A DNA stretch of 64,000 bases from Patescibacteria group bacterium (lineage in GTDB: Bacteria; Patescibacteriota; Minisyncoccia; Phycocordibacterales; UBA918). The DNA is taken from assembly GCA_019750255.1 (NCBI GenBank), contig JAIEOU010000001.1, positions 36,006 through 100,005 on the forward strand. Reading direction: 5' to 3'. The notes under the pieces are model-generated. The model was not told the origin of the DNA, ran no database searches, and worked only from the letters and a program-made list of their open reading frames with translations. Position 1 is the first letter of the stretch. The number at the start of each line of letters is the position of its first letter. Below, in pieces: positions 45,535 through 54,948 of this stretch. Position numbers and translations under genes: made by a program.

Positions 45535-47763
45535 ATGAAGAAAACACTCCTCATCCTTTCCCTGATTGCCGTCTTTATCAGTACGGTTACAGCGTTCGCA
45601 CTCAGCGTCAAGACGATCTATAACGCCACCGGCGTAGCCGAACCAGTTACGATTACGCTTGGCGGAGTAGACAGTGCGCGAGACACGACGCAGGTGCAGG
45701 TAACTCGACTGAGTCGCGGCGGTGCGCAGTTTGGCATCGCTACGACCACAATAAACAGCTGGTCCACGAGTGAGTGGACGCGCGACATCCAGATTCGCCT
45801 CCCGACCGTTCTTTACGATGCGGGAATGTCGATTACCTTGACCGTAGGCAGAACTGAATACGAGCTTACGAGTCGGATGATGAGCGAGGGCCCCGTTAAT
45901 AGCGACACCTCACTGCTTGTAATCACGAAAGCCGACCTGGGGCGACCTCCTATATACATGCCATTTTTTGGCAGTATTTTAAATTGGCCAGGTGACGCGA
46001 CCGCCATCACTCGGGCATTCACGCACAATCTAGTGCTGGCACTTCTCTGCGGCATCATGAGTGCTATCGCGCTTTTTGGCTATCACTGGCTAAGCCTCCG
46101 CCCCTACACACCACCCGATGACAGAGTTCTTAAAAAACACATACGGTCGCTCACGGTAGTAGGCGCCTTTGTGCTCAGCCTCTTTTCATTAGCACTTTTT
46201 GTCTCAAGTGGGCCTACCGCCTATACGTGGCCCAGTCTTGATATGGGTCCCTATTTCGAGCGAGTAGAGAATCCAGATTTTCTTCCTAATGACTTTTATA
46301 CAAATTCTAGCAGTGCGCCTAGTCCCCGGCTGATTTTTGGGACGCTTATCACGAGTAGTGCGAGTCTTTTTAGTGCCGACTGGTACAAAACCTTGTTCTG
46401 GTATCGGGTCATGCTAGTGACATTTCTGCCGCCACTAATATTTTTAGCCCTGGTCAGTTTCTTTTGCCGCCGGGAATCAGTGATCCAAATCAAGGCCACC
46501 ATTCTCATTGGTATTGGTGTCGGATTGGCGCTCGTGCCATTATTTTCTGACCAGTTTACGGTTGCGCTGTGGCGCCCAATTGATCTAACCGTCACTCCCC
46601 ATGCCCTGGCGTTATGTATTGGTATGGCAGCCATGTACCTAAGCAATCATGGCTACCATCGATCAAGTTTGCCGGTGTGGTTTTTTGCCACCCTGATGCA
46701 CCCGGCGGTCGGACTTTCTCTCATTACCTTCTATGCCATCCTTACCTGGCAGTGGCAGAGACTGCGACTGATCGCAGTCATGGTAGCTGGAATACTCTTA
46801 CCGTTTGCCGCTTTACACCTTCTTTTTGCTGCCGACAATCCCCTCTCGGCAGCAGACTTTGTGTATCACTATGTACTTTCAAACCATCCGATTCACTACC
46901 TTCCCTCGCAGTTTGAAAGCTCAACCCTTTCTCCTTTTCCCTGGTACGTTCATTTTTTCTTTGTAAATCTATTACTGCTCTGCTTGACCGGCGCAGGCTG
47001 GTGGCAGAAGCAACGCTTCGTCGTAATTACTGGCGCCTTGGCACTGGCTTCGTACCTCGGGGCTGTCGCTCTGTGCTTTCTCTTCATCGAACTGTGGCCG
47101 ATTAAAAGTGTGGCTGTCCTTGGGCCGTCGCGCTACACACTCTTTGGGTACTGGTTCGTCGTGATGCTGACGAGTACCCTGCTAACCCTGGCACCGCTGC
47201 GATACTTTTTACCACGAATCCTTTTCTTTATTACCAAGACCCTCGATATGCGCTTCCTGCCTCAGCTTACGCTCACCATACTTGCGCTACTCGTCATCGG
47301 CGTCAGCACTCATCTAATTGATACCCCACAAACAACGTGGCGCGATAGGCATCAGGGGTTTTCCGCGTGGGTGGAGAACACGCCTGATAAGGCTGTGTTT
47401 GCGGCTAATTCCAATGCGTTTTTTGAGTACCTTATTAATACACCATTGACGCTACAGCGTTCGGTGCTCGCTGGAAACGGCTTTCCTTTCAGAGAAGATG
47501 ATTTCATCGAATACAATCGAAGGCGCTCCCTGCTCTACGGGAGCCCAGAGCATTGGGAGACCTTACCCGGCAGTTCATTCCAAATTAAATCAAACGTCCA
47601 TTTTCGCTCTTTGACCCCAAGCGATTTTAAGCGCATCAGCAGTCTCTACCCACTCGATTATGTCATAATAGAGCCGTCGTTTGCTCTGGCATTTCAATCC
47701 TATACCCCGACGTATAAGGACGAAACGGTGTATGTTTATTCAGTCGCAGACTTTAGACCGTAA
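45535..47763 (+). CDS. Polytopic membrane protein with N- and C-terminal external domains, possible GT-C glycosyltransferase
   Basis: Signal anchor, PDFLPNDFY loop, HPAVG, many TM helices, C-terminal YPLDYVIIE...VYVY domain. Confidence 0.62.
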   Translation: MKKTLLILSLIAVFISTVTAFALSVKTIYNATGVAEPVTITLGGVDSARDTTQVQVTRLSRGGAQFGIATTTINSWSTSEWTRDIQIRLPTVLYDAGMSITLTVGRTEYELTSRMMSEGPVNSDTSLLVITKADLGRPPIYMPFFGSILNWPGDATAITRAFTHNLVLALLCGIMSAIALFGYHWLSLRPYTPPDDRVLKKHIRSLTVVGAFVLSLFSLALFVSSGPTAYTWPSLDMGPYFERVENPDFLPNDFYTNSSSAPSPRLIFGTLITSSASLFSADWYKTLFWYRVMLVTFLPPLIFLALVSFFCRRESVIQIKATILIGIGVGLALVPLFSDQFTVALWRPIDLTVTPHALALCIGMAAMYLSNHGYHRSSLPVWFFATLMHPAVGLSLITFYAILTWQWQRLRLIAVMVAGILLPFAALHLLFAADNPLSAADFVYHYVLSNHPIHYLPSQFESSTLSPFPWYVHFFFVNLLLLCLTGAGWWQKQRFVVITGALALASYLGAVALCFLFIELWPIKSVAVLGPSRYTLFGYWFVVMLTSTLLTLAPLRYFLPRILFFITKTLDMRFLPQLTLTILALLVIGVSTHLIDTPQTTWRDRHQGFSAWVENTPDKAVFAANSNAFFEYLINTPLTLQRSVLAGNGFPFREDDFIEYNRRRSLLYGSPEHWETLPGSSFQIKSNVHFRSLTPSDFKRISSLYPLDYVIIEPSFALAFQSYTPTYKDETVYVYSVADFRP

Positions 47764-47772
47764 CCGTATACT

Positions 47773-48498
47773 ATGAAACTTTCCATTGTTGTCCCTTGTT
47801 ATAACGAGGGCGAGAACGTAAATAAAGTGCTCGCGGCGTACGATCACGTCATTACCCGCGACGACATCGAAGTTCTGCTCGTTAATAACGGCTCCACCGA
47901 TGAAACCGCCCATGTACTAGAGCGACTACTTCCCCAATACAGTCGCTTTCTAAAAATCGTGACCGTGCCTGTTAACCAGGGCTATGGGTACGGTATCCTT
48001 TCTGGTCTACGAGCTGCGTGTGGTGAATTTGTCGGGTGGACGCATGGAGACCTCCAGACCCCGCCAGGAGATGTCGTGCGAGCGCTCGAGATAATCGAGA
48101 AAAATGGCAGAGCTTCGAATCTATATGTAAAAGGAAAGCGAATAGGTAGACCATTATTTGATCAATTCTTTACCTTTGGCATGAGTATCTTCGAAAGCGC
48201 CTACCTCGGGAGTCGCTTTTACGATATCAACGCCCAACCTAACATATTCCACAAAGACTTTTTTGCTACATGGGAAAATCCACCACACGATTTTGCCCTT
48301 GACCTATATGTCTACTACCAAGCACGCAAACAAAGACTAAACCTACTCCGCTTTACCGTACCATTTCTTAAGCGGCAACACGGGACCTCCTCTTGGAACA
48401 CGGGATTAAAAAGTAAATGGAAGTTCATCAAACGCACCCTACAATTTAGTGTAGAGCTCAAGCGACGCCTCAATCATACGAATGTACCACGCCCTTAA
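47773..48498 (+). CDS. Family 2 glycosyltransferase, polyprenyl-phosphate (DPM synthase/GtrB-like)
   Basis: LSIVVPCYNE, VNNGSTD, NQGYGYG, WTHGDLQTPP, R..G.S.W C-terminal motif; 241 aa. Confidence 0.85.
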   Translation: MKLSIVVPCYNEGENVNKVLAAYDHVITRDDIEVLLVNNGSTDETAHVLERLLPQYSRFLKIVTVPVNQGYGYGILSGLRAACGEFVGWTHGDLQTPPGDVVRALEIIEKNGRASNLYVKGKRIGRPLFDQFFTFGMSIFESAYLGSRFYDINAQPNIFHKDFFATWENPPHDFALDLYVYYQARKQRLNLLRFTVPFLKRQHGTSSWNTGLKSKWKFIKRTLQFSVELKRRLNHTNVPRP

Positions 48499-49828
48499 TT
48501 CACTCTTCAAAAGAGCCCTTCCACACTGGATGTACCAGCGGCTCATTGGTGACTGGAATAAGGATGGCATTAAAAAATACTTCTCAAATACCGGGTGGAT
48601 GTTCGCGGCGCGCATCATCTCGCTCGTCATTTCTTTTCTTACGCTCGCCGTTGTCGCCCGTTACCTTGGTCCGGAAAACTACGGCAAGCTCAGCTACGCT
48701 CAGAGTTACGTAGCCATCTTTTCGGTTTTTGCTTCTCTTGGTATTGACCAGATTCTTCACCGCGAACTTGCCGCAGCACCCGAGCAGCGCGACACATTAC
48801 TCGGGACAGCCTTTTTAACCAAATTATTTTTCGGTTCAGTTACTTTTATCGCAGCGGTGACCGTGGGGGTATTCTTTCACAGTGACCCCATTCTCACCTG
48901 GCTCATCGCTCTTAATGCGCTCACCTTCATTATTCACCCCCTTGGTGTCATTTCGCTATTTTTTCAATCGCAGGTCAAAGCTAAGTACCCCTCACTAATT
49001 GCGATTGTCGTTGCATTTGTCATTCCTGCACTAAAGCTGCTCATCATTTATTTCGACCAGGGCCTACTGTATTTCGGGGCAGTGATTATTATTGAGGCCC
49101 TTATGTATGTCACCTTCTATGTGTACATTTATACCCACGTCTTTAAACTAAGTTTGTTCAACTGGACTTTTGAAACTAAGGAATTCTGGCGGCTATTCCA
49201 CTCCTCATGGCCACTCTTTACAGCAGGTTTGTCGGGATATATTTACGGCCGAATTGATCAGGTCATGTTGCAAAACATAATTAATTCAACAGCCGTGGGC
49301 CATTACGATGTAGCTGTACGCTTAACCGAACTACTGGGTTTTTTGCCCGGGGTCATTGTCGGCTCTACTTTACCGGCCCTTATCACCGCTCGAAAAATTA
49401 ACCCTGTCGAGTATCGTAAACGTCTACTCTCGCTCACCATTCTCTGTCTTTCTATTGCTGCATGTGCGGCGACCGTTCTCTTTTTACTCGCCCCTTTCAT
49501 TGTTCCCTTGCTATACGGTCCCCTTTTCCAAGAAACCGTCACCGTGATAAGAGTGTATGCCTGGTCAGCCATATTTGGCATTGCGGTTTTTCTGCTTAAT
49601 CAGTACTTGATTATCGAGCATCGTTCCCGTTCCTTTTTAGCGTATGCAGTGTTGGGAGCGGTCATAAACATTACGCTCAACTATCACTTAATTCCCCAGT
49701 TTGGCATGATTGGTGCGGCCTACGCGACTAATATTACGTTTATATCAATTATTATTTTCTTTTTGCTTCACTCAGCGTTCACGAGACATCGCACGCACAC
49801 AGCGACTGCTAACGGGTCTACACCATAG
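48482..49828 (+). CDS. Wzx-type polysaccharide flippase
   Basis: VARYLGPENYG, YGRIDQVML, VGHYDVAVRL, LNYHLIPQFGMIGAAYAT; about 12 TM. Confidence 0.92.
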   Translation: MYHALNSLFKRALPHWMYQRLIGDWNKDGIKKYFSNTGWMFAARIISLVISFLTLAVVARYLGPENYGKLSYAQSYVAIFSVFASLGIDQILHRELAAAPEQRDTLLGTAFLTKLFFGSVTFIAAVTVGVFFHSDPILTWLIALNALTFIIHPLGVISLFFQSQVKAKYPSLIAIVVAFVIPALKLLIIYFDQGLLYFGAVIIIEALMYVTFYVYIYTHVFKLSLFNWTFETKEFWRLFHSSWPLFTAGLSGYIYGRIDQVMLQNIINSTAVGHYDVAVRLTELLGFLPGVIVGSTLPALITARKINPVEYRKRLLSLTILCLSIAACAATVLFLLAPFIVPLLYGPLFQETVTVIRVYAWSAIFGIAVFLLNQYLIIEHRSRSFLAYAVLGAVINITLNYHLIPQFGMIGAAYATNITFISIIIFFLLHSAFTRHRTHTATANGSTP

Positions 49829-49875
49829 ATATCACTGAAGCATCGTTTGTTCTCTATCAGTATAATGACCGTACC

Positions 49876-51015
49876 ATGGCTCGAAAAAAATTATTGCTCT
49901 ACAGTCGCCTCGCCTTTTACCCTATGCATTGGCAGGCCTTTGAAAAAATCTGTACTGCTCACGATCTTGAACCGCACATCATTACGACTGACTACATCGA
50001 TATTGCACCCGCCCACAAAATGCTGGGCTGGATTGACCCGAAGGCAGTAGCAGAGGCTGGTGGGTTTGCTCCCACGGTGCACTATGTATCGCAGGGTTCA
50101 GTATGGCATAAAGTATGGGCGATTTTTCGCCACTTACGGAACATAAAACCGGACCTGATTTGGGCACAAGAAGAACCCACTAATTCTTTTTTGTTTCCGC
50201 TCCTTTTGTACTACCAGTGGAACCGTCATCCGAGGATTGTCGCCGCTACGTGCGAAAATATTTTCTCATTTAGCCGCGCGCGTCGCCTCGTCCACACAAT
50301 CATTCTGGCCCGATTATGGAGACGCATTGATGCGCTCCTAGCCTCTGCCTCCCCATCCATTGAAGCCATCCGTGCCATCGGTATGTCTTCCCACATCCCT
50401 ACTGTCCCTCTCGTCGCCGGTTGTTTATCGCCTTCGACCACCCCCGCTGCCATCCAGACCACACTCCGTACCGATGAAACGGTAGTAGTGTTTGGCTACG
50501 TGGGTCGTCTCTGTGAAGAGAAGGGCTGGAAGGTGATTATCGCTGCCCTAAGACAACTTCCACCGCACATAAAGTTACTTATGGCTGCTGACGGCCTACA
50601 AAGAGCTGGGCTTGACGCTTTCCTGGTGGAACCAGCATTAACTGGCCGCATACAGAATCTTGGCTTTATTCCCAAGGCTGAACTATGGAATGCCTACCAA
50701 GCGATGGATTGTTTAATCGTGCCCTCAATCACCACTGCCACCTGGAAGGAACAATTCGGTGGCGTCCTTACGGATGCCATGGTCAGTGGAATACCATTAA
50801 TCGGATCAAGTAGTGGAGCAATTCCCGAAGTCACCGGGCCGGCGGGGATTATCGTTCCCGAAAATGACCCTACAGAGCTTGCAAAGGCCATGACATTACT
50901 CGCGGGCGATAGTGCCTTACGCACAAAATTAGGAACCATTGGCAAGGACCGCTTTGCGACAGAATTTTCTGTTCCGGCCTACGCGCGTAAAGTTGCCGCT
51001 AGTCTGTTAAAATAA
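49876..51015 (+). CDS. Family 4 glycosyltransferase
   Basis: GYVGRLCEEKG, PS...WKEQFGGVLTDAMVSG.P.I.S..GAIPEV. Confidence 0.9.
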   Translation: MARKKLLLYSRLAFYPMHWQAFEKICTAHDLEPHIITTDYIDIAPAHKMLGWIDPKAVAEAGGFAPTVHYVSQGSVWHKVWAIFRHLRNIKPDLIWAQEEPTNSFLFPLLLYYQWNRHPRIVAATCENIFSFSRARRLVHTIILARLWRRIDALLASASPSIEAIRAIGMSSHIPTVPLVAGCLSPSTTPAAIQTTLRTDETVVVFGYVGRLCEEKGWKVIIAALRQLPPHIKLLMAADGLQRAGLDAFLVEPALTGRIQNLGFIPKAELWNAYQAMDCLIVPSITTATWKEQFGGVLTDAMVSGIPLIGSSSGAIPEVTGPAGIIVPENDPTELAKAMTLLAGDSALRTKLGTIGKDRFATEFSVPAYARKVAASLLK

Positions 51016-51023
51016 TCACCACT

Positions 51024-52025
51024 ATGCACCCTTCATTTCTTCCGTTACTGTGTTGTCCAAAGTCGGGTAGTGACCTTTCACTCTCAGGTGAACAGCTCGA
51101 CACTGCCGGCTTGATTGTGTCGGGGACACTCAAGAGTGCTGACGGCACCACGTACCCGATTGTAGCGGGGGTGCCGCGCTTTGTTTCCACCGAAGACTAT
51201 TCCGAAAGTTTTGGGTATGAATGGCAACGCTGGTCACGAGTCCAGTTTGAATCAGAAAATGTCGGTACACGTATGACTGGGCACACCACGCGGATGTTTG
51301 ATATGGTAACCGGCTTTACGGCAGACAAAATCGCCGGGAAAACGGTAGTAGAATTTGGGTGCGGGCCAGGGCGTTTTATTGATGTAGTAGCACGTAGAGG
51401 GGGCCGAGCCGTAGGCCTTGAGCTCAGTAGCGCGGCCGATGTCGCACGAAAAAACTTTGCTGGGAATAGTAACGTGTGTATTGTTCAGGGGGACATTCTT
51501 AATCCGCCTTTTAAGTCAGGTGCGTTTGATTTTGGCTACACGATTGGCGTACTTCATCACACCCCGTCTCCCGATACTGGCTTACAGAAGCTTGTGAGCA
51601 CAGTGAAGTCGGGGGGAACAATTGCGTGCTGTGTCTACGAATCCACCGGCGGACGCGGCCTTTATGACTCTCCTGCCGTGCTCGCCTACCGGCGCTTTTT
51701 CAACTCTCTCTCATCGCACTGGCGGCACACCCTCGCTCGCTGGTATGCCTTTTTCTCTGCCTATGTTCTATACGTGTTTTTTGCGCCCGCTATGCGCATC
51801 CCCGGACTGTCGGTCATAGCGGGCTGGCTCAGTGCCCAGGTCTTTCCCGGCGTGTACTACCTGCGCGATGCTCGCTGGCGTGTGCTCGATACGTTCGACG
51901 CCATCACCCCGCACTACGCCACCACGCACACCAAAGAGGAGGTAGTGGACTGGTTTACTAAAGCCCACTGTAGCGACATCAAACAAAGTCCGTTTGGCAG
52001 CACGTCGTTAACCGCCGTCAAGTAA
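51024..52025 (+). CDS. Class I SAM-dependent methyltransferase with an N-terminal Trm112-like domain
   Basis: LCCP...YPIVAGVPRF, SFGYEW, VEFGCGPGRF, QGDI..PPF, IGVLHHTP. Confidence 0.88.
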   Translation: MHPSFLPLLCCPKSGSDLSLSGEQLDTAGLIVSGTLKSADGTTYPIVAGVPRFVSTEDYSESFGYEWQRWSRVQFESENVGTRMTGHTTRMFDMVTGFTADKIAGKTVVEFGCGPGRFIDVVARRGGRAVGLELSSAADVARKNFAGNSNVCIVQGDILNPPFKSGAFDFGYTIGVLHHTPSPDTGLQKLVSTVKSGGTIACCVYESTGGRGLYDSPAVLAYRRFFNSLSSHWRHTLARWYAFFSAYVLYVFFAPAMRIPGLSVIAGWLSAQVFPGVYYLRDARWRVLDTFDAITPHYATTHTKEEVVDWFTKAHCSDIKQSPFGSTSLTAVK

Positions 52026-52030
52026 CTGTT

Positions 52031-53869
52031 ATGTGCGGTATCGCTGGAATCGTCGCCCCACAAGCCGCAGAGTTGCAACCTCATGTTCATAAGATGGTGG
52101 GTGGTCTTCTCCATCGTGGACCGGACGAACGGGGCGTCTACTCCTTTACTAACTGCAGTCTCGGCCACACAAGACTCGCAGTCGTCGACCTTGGCAGTGG
52201 ACAGCAGCCAATGCTCGCGGGTCACAGGAAGCATGGCATTGTCTTTAACGGCGAAATTTACGGGTACCTGAAACTGAAGAACCAACTTCCGAACTATTCA
52301 TTTACCACCTCATCTGACACAGAGCTTATTCTCGCTCTCTATGCACAACACGGTCAGCAGCTTCTTACGCATCTTCCCGGCATGTTTGCGTTTGCACTGT
52401 GGGACGAACAGAAGCAGGAGCTCTTTTGTGCCCGCGACCGCTTTGGCGAAAAGCCCTTCTATTACGCGATAGGAAAGAATGGTGAGTTTGTCTTCGCGTC
52501 TGAAATTAAAGCAATTATTGCCTCTGGGCTCATAACGCCAAAACTCAATCACACTGCTATCGCACACTATTTACAGCACCTGTATATTGGTCCCTACGAA
52601 ACGGTGTATACAAATATTTTTACTCTTCCTCCCGCGCACTCCTTAGTCCTTCGGGGTGGTGAGGTGACAATCAATCGCTACTGGAATTTTCCCTTAATTA
52701 ACGAGCAGATCTCCCTTAGCGAGGCGACCAGTACCTTTCAATCTTTATTTAAGTCAGCAGTATCTTCACAATTAGTGGCCGATGTGCCGGTCGGTGCCTT
52801 TCTTAGTGGCGGACTTGATTCGAGTACCGTCGTGGCCGCCGCCCGTGATTCGGTAGCAACACTTAAAACGTTTTCGTTCAGCTTTGAAGACTCTATAAAT
52901 GAATTACCCTACGCCAGAGAAATTGCCAAAAAATACCATACTGATCACACCGAGCTTTCTGACAATCAGTACGATATTGCAGACCTCATCGTAAAAATGG
53001 GCAGCGTGTTTGATGAACCGTTTGCTGACTCATCAAATATTCCCACCTACCTTATTTCTAAACTGGCAAAGGAGCATGTCACTGTGGTACTTACTGGGGA
53101 TGGTGGTGACGAACTGCTTGGTGGGTATACGGGTTGGTATCAACCCCTCCTTTCAGCGCAGTCAAACACCCCGCCACTTTCATCAGCTCTCACGATGCTC
53201 GGAAGACAACTCTTTCGAGTCGCCAATAAACTCCGGCTTCCGTACAGAAGCGAACTTGGTAACCGCCTAGCCGGTGAACAGATTAAGCAGCAGCAACACC
53301 CCTCACTACTCGCCGCCCACAGTGCGCAAACTAGCTATTTCAGCGATGTTGAATTAAGCACACTACTACTCGAGCCATACACCACTGTTCCCTACCGACC
53401 ACACTGGCAGACCAATAATTCTCTTGATGATGTGCTTCGGATGGACGTCGACACCTACATGCCTGGAGATATCCTCACAAAAATCGACCGGGCTGCGATG
53501 GCACATGGCCTCGAGTTACGTGCACCCTTCCTCGATCGCGACCTGGCTGAGTTTTGTCTTAGTATTCCGTACCGACTTAAAGTATCAGCCTCAGAGGATA
53601 AAATAGTGCTGCGTCGCGCCTTTGAAGACGCCTGGACCGACTCAATTCGGAAACGAAAAAAGCAAGGGTTTGGGGCACCTGTCGACAAATGGCTCACGTT
53701 ACCCAAAGTACAAGAGCTAAAATCTCACTACCTTCATGACAAAAACCGCGCCTTGTACAAACTCGTGTCCTACGAGGCATGCAAACCATACCTAACCGCT
53801 AACACCTACCAGACGTGGGTGCTCCTCACGCTTAGCATCTGGCTTGAAGAGCAAAAGATTTCTCTCTAG
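52031..53869 (+). CDS. asnB: Asparagine synthase-like glutamine amidotransferase (glycan amidation)
   Basis: MCGIAG, HRGPD, FNGEIY, RDRFGEKP, FLSGGLDSS, LTGDGGDE, ELRAPFLD, KQGF. Confidence 0.92.
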   Translation: MCGIAGIVAPQAAELQPHVHKMVGGLLHRGPDERGVYSFTNCSLGHTRLAVVDLGSGQQPMLAGHRKHGIVFNGEIYGYLKLKNQLPNYSFTTSSDTELILALYAQHGQQLLTHLPGMFAFALWDEQKQELFCARDRFGEKPFYYAIGKNGEFVFASEIKAIIASGLITPKLNHTAIAHYLQHLYIGPYETVYTNIFTLPPAHSLVLRGGEVTINRYWNFPLINEQISLSEATSTFQSLFKSAVSSQLVADVPVGAFLSGGLDSSTVVAAARDSVATLKTFSFSFEDSINELPYAREIAKKYHTDHTELSDNQYDIADLIVKMGSVFDEPFADSSNIPTYLISKLAKEHVTVVLTGDGGDELLGGYTGWYQPLLSAQSNTPPLSSALTMLGRQLFRVANKLRLPYRSELGNRLAGEQIKQQQHPSLLAAHSAQTSYFSDVELSTLLLEPYTTVPYRPHWQTNNSLDDVLRMDVDTYMPGDILTKIDRAAMAHGLELRAPFLDRDLAEFCLSIPYRLKVSASEDKIVLRRAFEDAWTDSIRKRKKQGFGAPVDKWLTLPKVQELKSHYLHDKNRALYKLVSYEACKPYLTANTYQTWVLLTLSIWLEEQKISL

Positions 53870-53882
53870 TGAGTGTACTACC

Positions 53883-54908
53883 ATGACCCAGTCAACAACT
53901 GTTTCGATTGTGATGTCTGTCTATAATGGCGCGCCCTTTTTGCGCGAGGCCATTGATAGCATGCTCTGCCAAACGTTTAATGATTTTGAATTTATTATCA
54001 TTAATGATGGTTCAACTGACAATAGCGAGAGTATTATTCAAAGCTACGACGACCCCCGCATCCGCTACGTGCGCCAAGAAAATAATGGTGGTCTCGCCGC
54101 CGCCCTAAACCTTGGGCTTAGCGTGGCGACCGGTACCTATATTGCGCGCATGGACGCCGACGGTATAAGTCACCCTAACCGACTCGAAGCACAAGTAGCG
54201 TTTCTAAATACCAATACACACATAGGCGTCGTCGGGACTTGGGCCCACACGTTTGGGGACGGGGCACATCTCTGGAAAAATCCAACGTCACCTGCCGAAA
54301 TTGCTGCTCGCATGTTATTTTCGTGCTGTCTTCTTCACCCGACAGTGATGATACGTGCCGCCGTTTTGAAAGCCGCCAACATCCGCTACGATGAATCACT
54401 TCTTAGCGGACAAGATTATGAGCTTTGGGCAGCCTTGCTTCCACTCACCCAGTTCGCCAACCTGCCAAAAGTTCTCTTGCACTACCGCTTAAGCCAGAAC
54501 ACCACCAGTGCAATGAGACGGGCTGAGCAACTTGCCAATACCTGGAGCACGCAAGCCACCCTGCTTGCGGCACTCAACCTACCCATCAGTGGAATAGCCA
54601 AACGTCTCCATACCGAACCGGCTCCGCAGGATGCAACCGCCCGCGCCTTATTCTTAGCCGAGAAAGCCACTTGGCTGATGCAGATCACAGCAGCAAACAG
54701 CTCGCACAAACTCTTTAGTGAACCTGCCTTACAAAAAGTCTTACATTCCGTTTGGTTCGAAACCTGTACGCACCCACCCCTTTCGTTTCGCTCACTGCAT
54801 ACGTGCCTTTGTCACCCACTTTTTATCACCTCCCCCCGCTCGGTGGTAAAGGTTATTGTGGTAATAGTAAAAAATGTATTACATCCCTCTTTTCTCAGAC
54901 GAAAATAA
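53883..54908 (+). CDS. Family 2 glycosyltransferase
   Basis: VSIVMSVYN, INDGSTD, ARMDAD, HPTVM, QDYELW. Confidence 0.9.
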   Translation: MTQSTTVSIVMSVYNGAPFLREAIDSMLCQTFNDFEFIIINDGSTDNSESIIQSYDDPRIRYVRQENNGGLAAALNLGLSVATGTYIARMDADGISHPNRLEAQVAFLNTNTHIGVVGTWAHTFGDGAHLWKNPTSPAEIAARMLFSCCLLHPTVMIRAAVLKAANIRYDESLLSGQDYELWAALLPLTQFANLPKVLLHYRLSQNTTSAMRRAEQLANTWSTQATLLAALNLPISGIAKRLHTEPAPQDATARALFLAEKATWLMQITAANSSHKLFSEPALQKVLHSVWFETCTHPPLSFRSLHTCLCHPLFITSPRSVVKVIVVIVKNVLHPSFLRRK

Positions 54909-54948
54909 AAAAAAGCAGGACGCACCGAAGTGCGCCCCGTAGTTTACG

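Noticed and set aside
54140-54170. Inactivated GT2 (DADG instead of DADD)
   Set aside because: The DxD motif (D-A-D) is intact, so there is no evidence of lost function.
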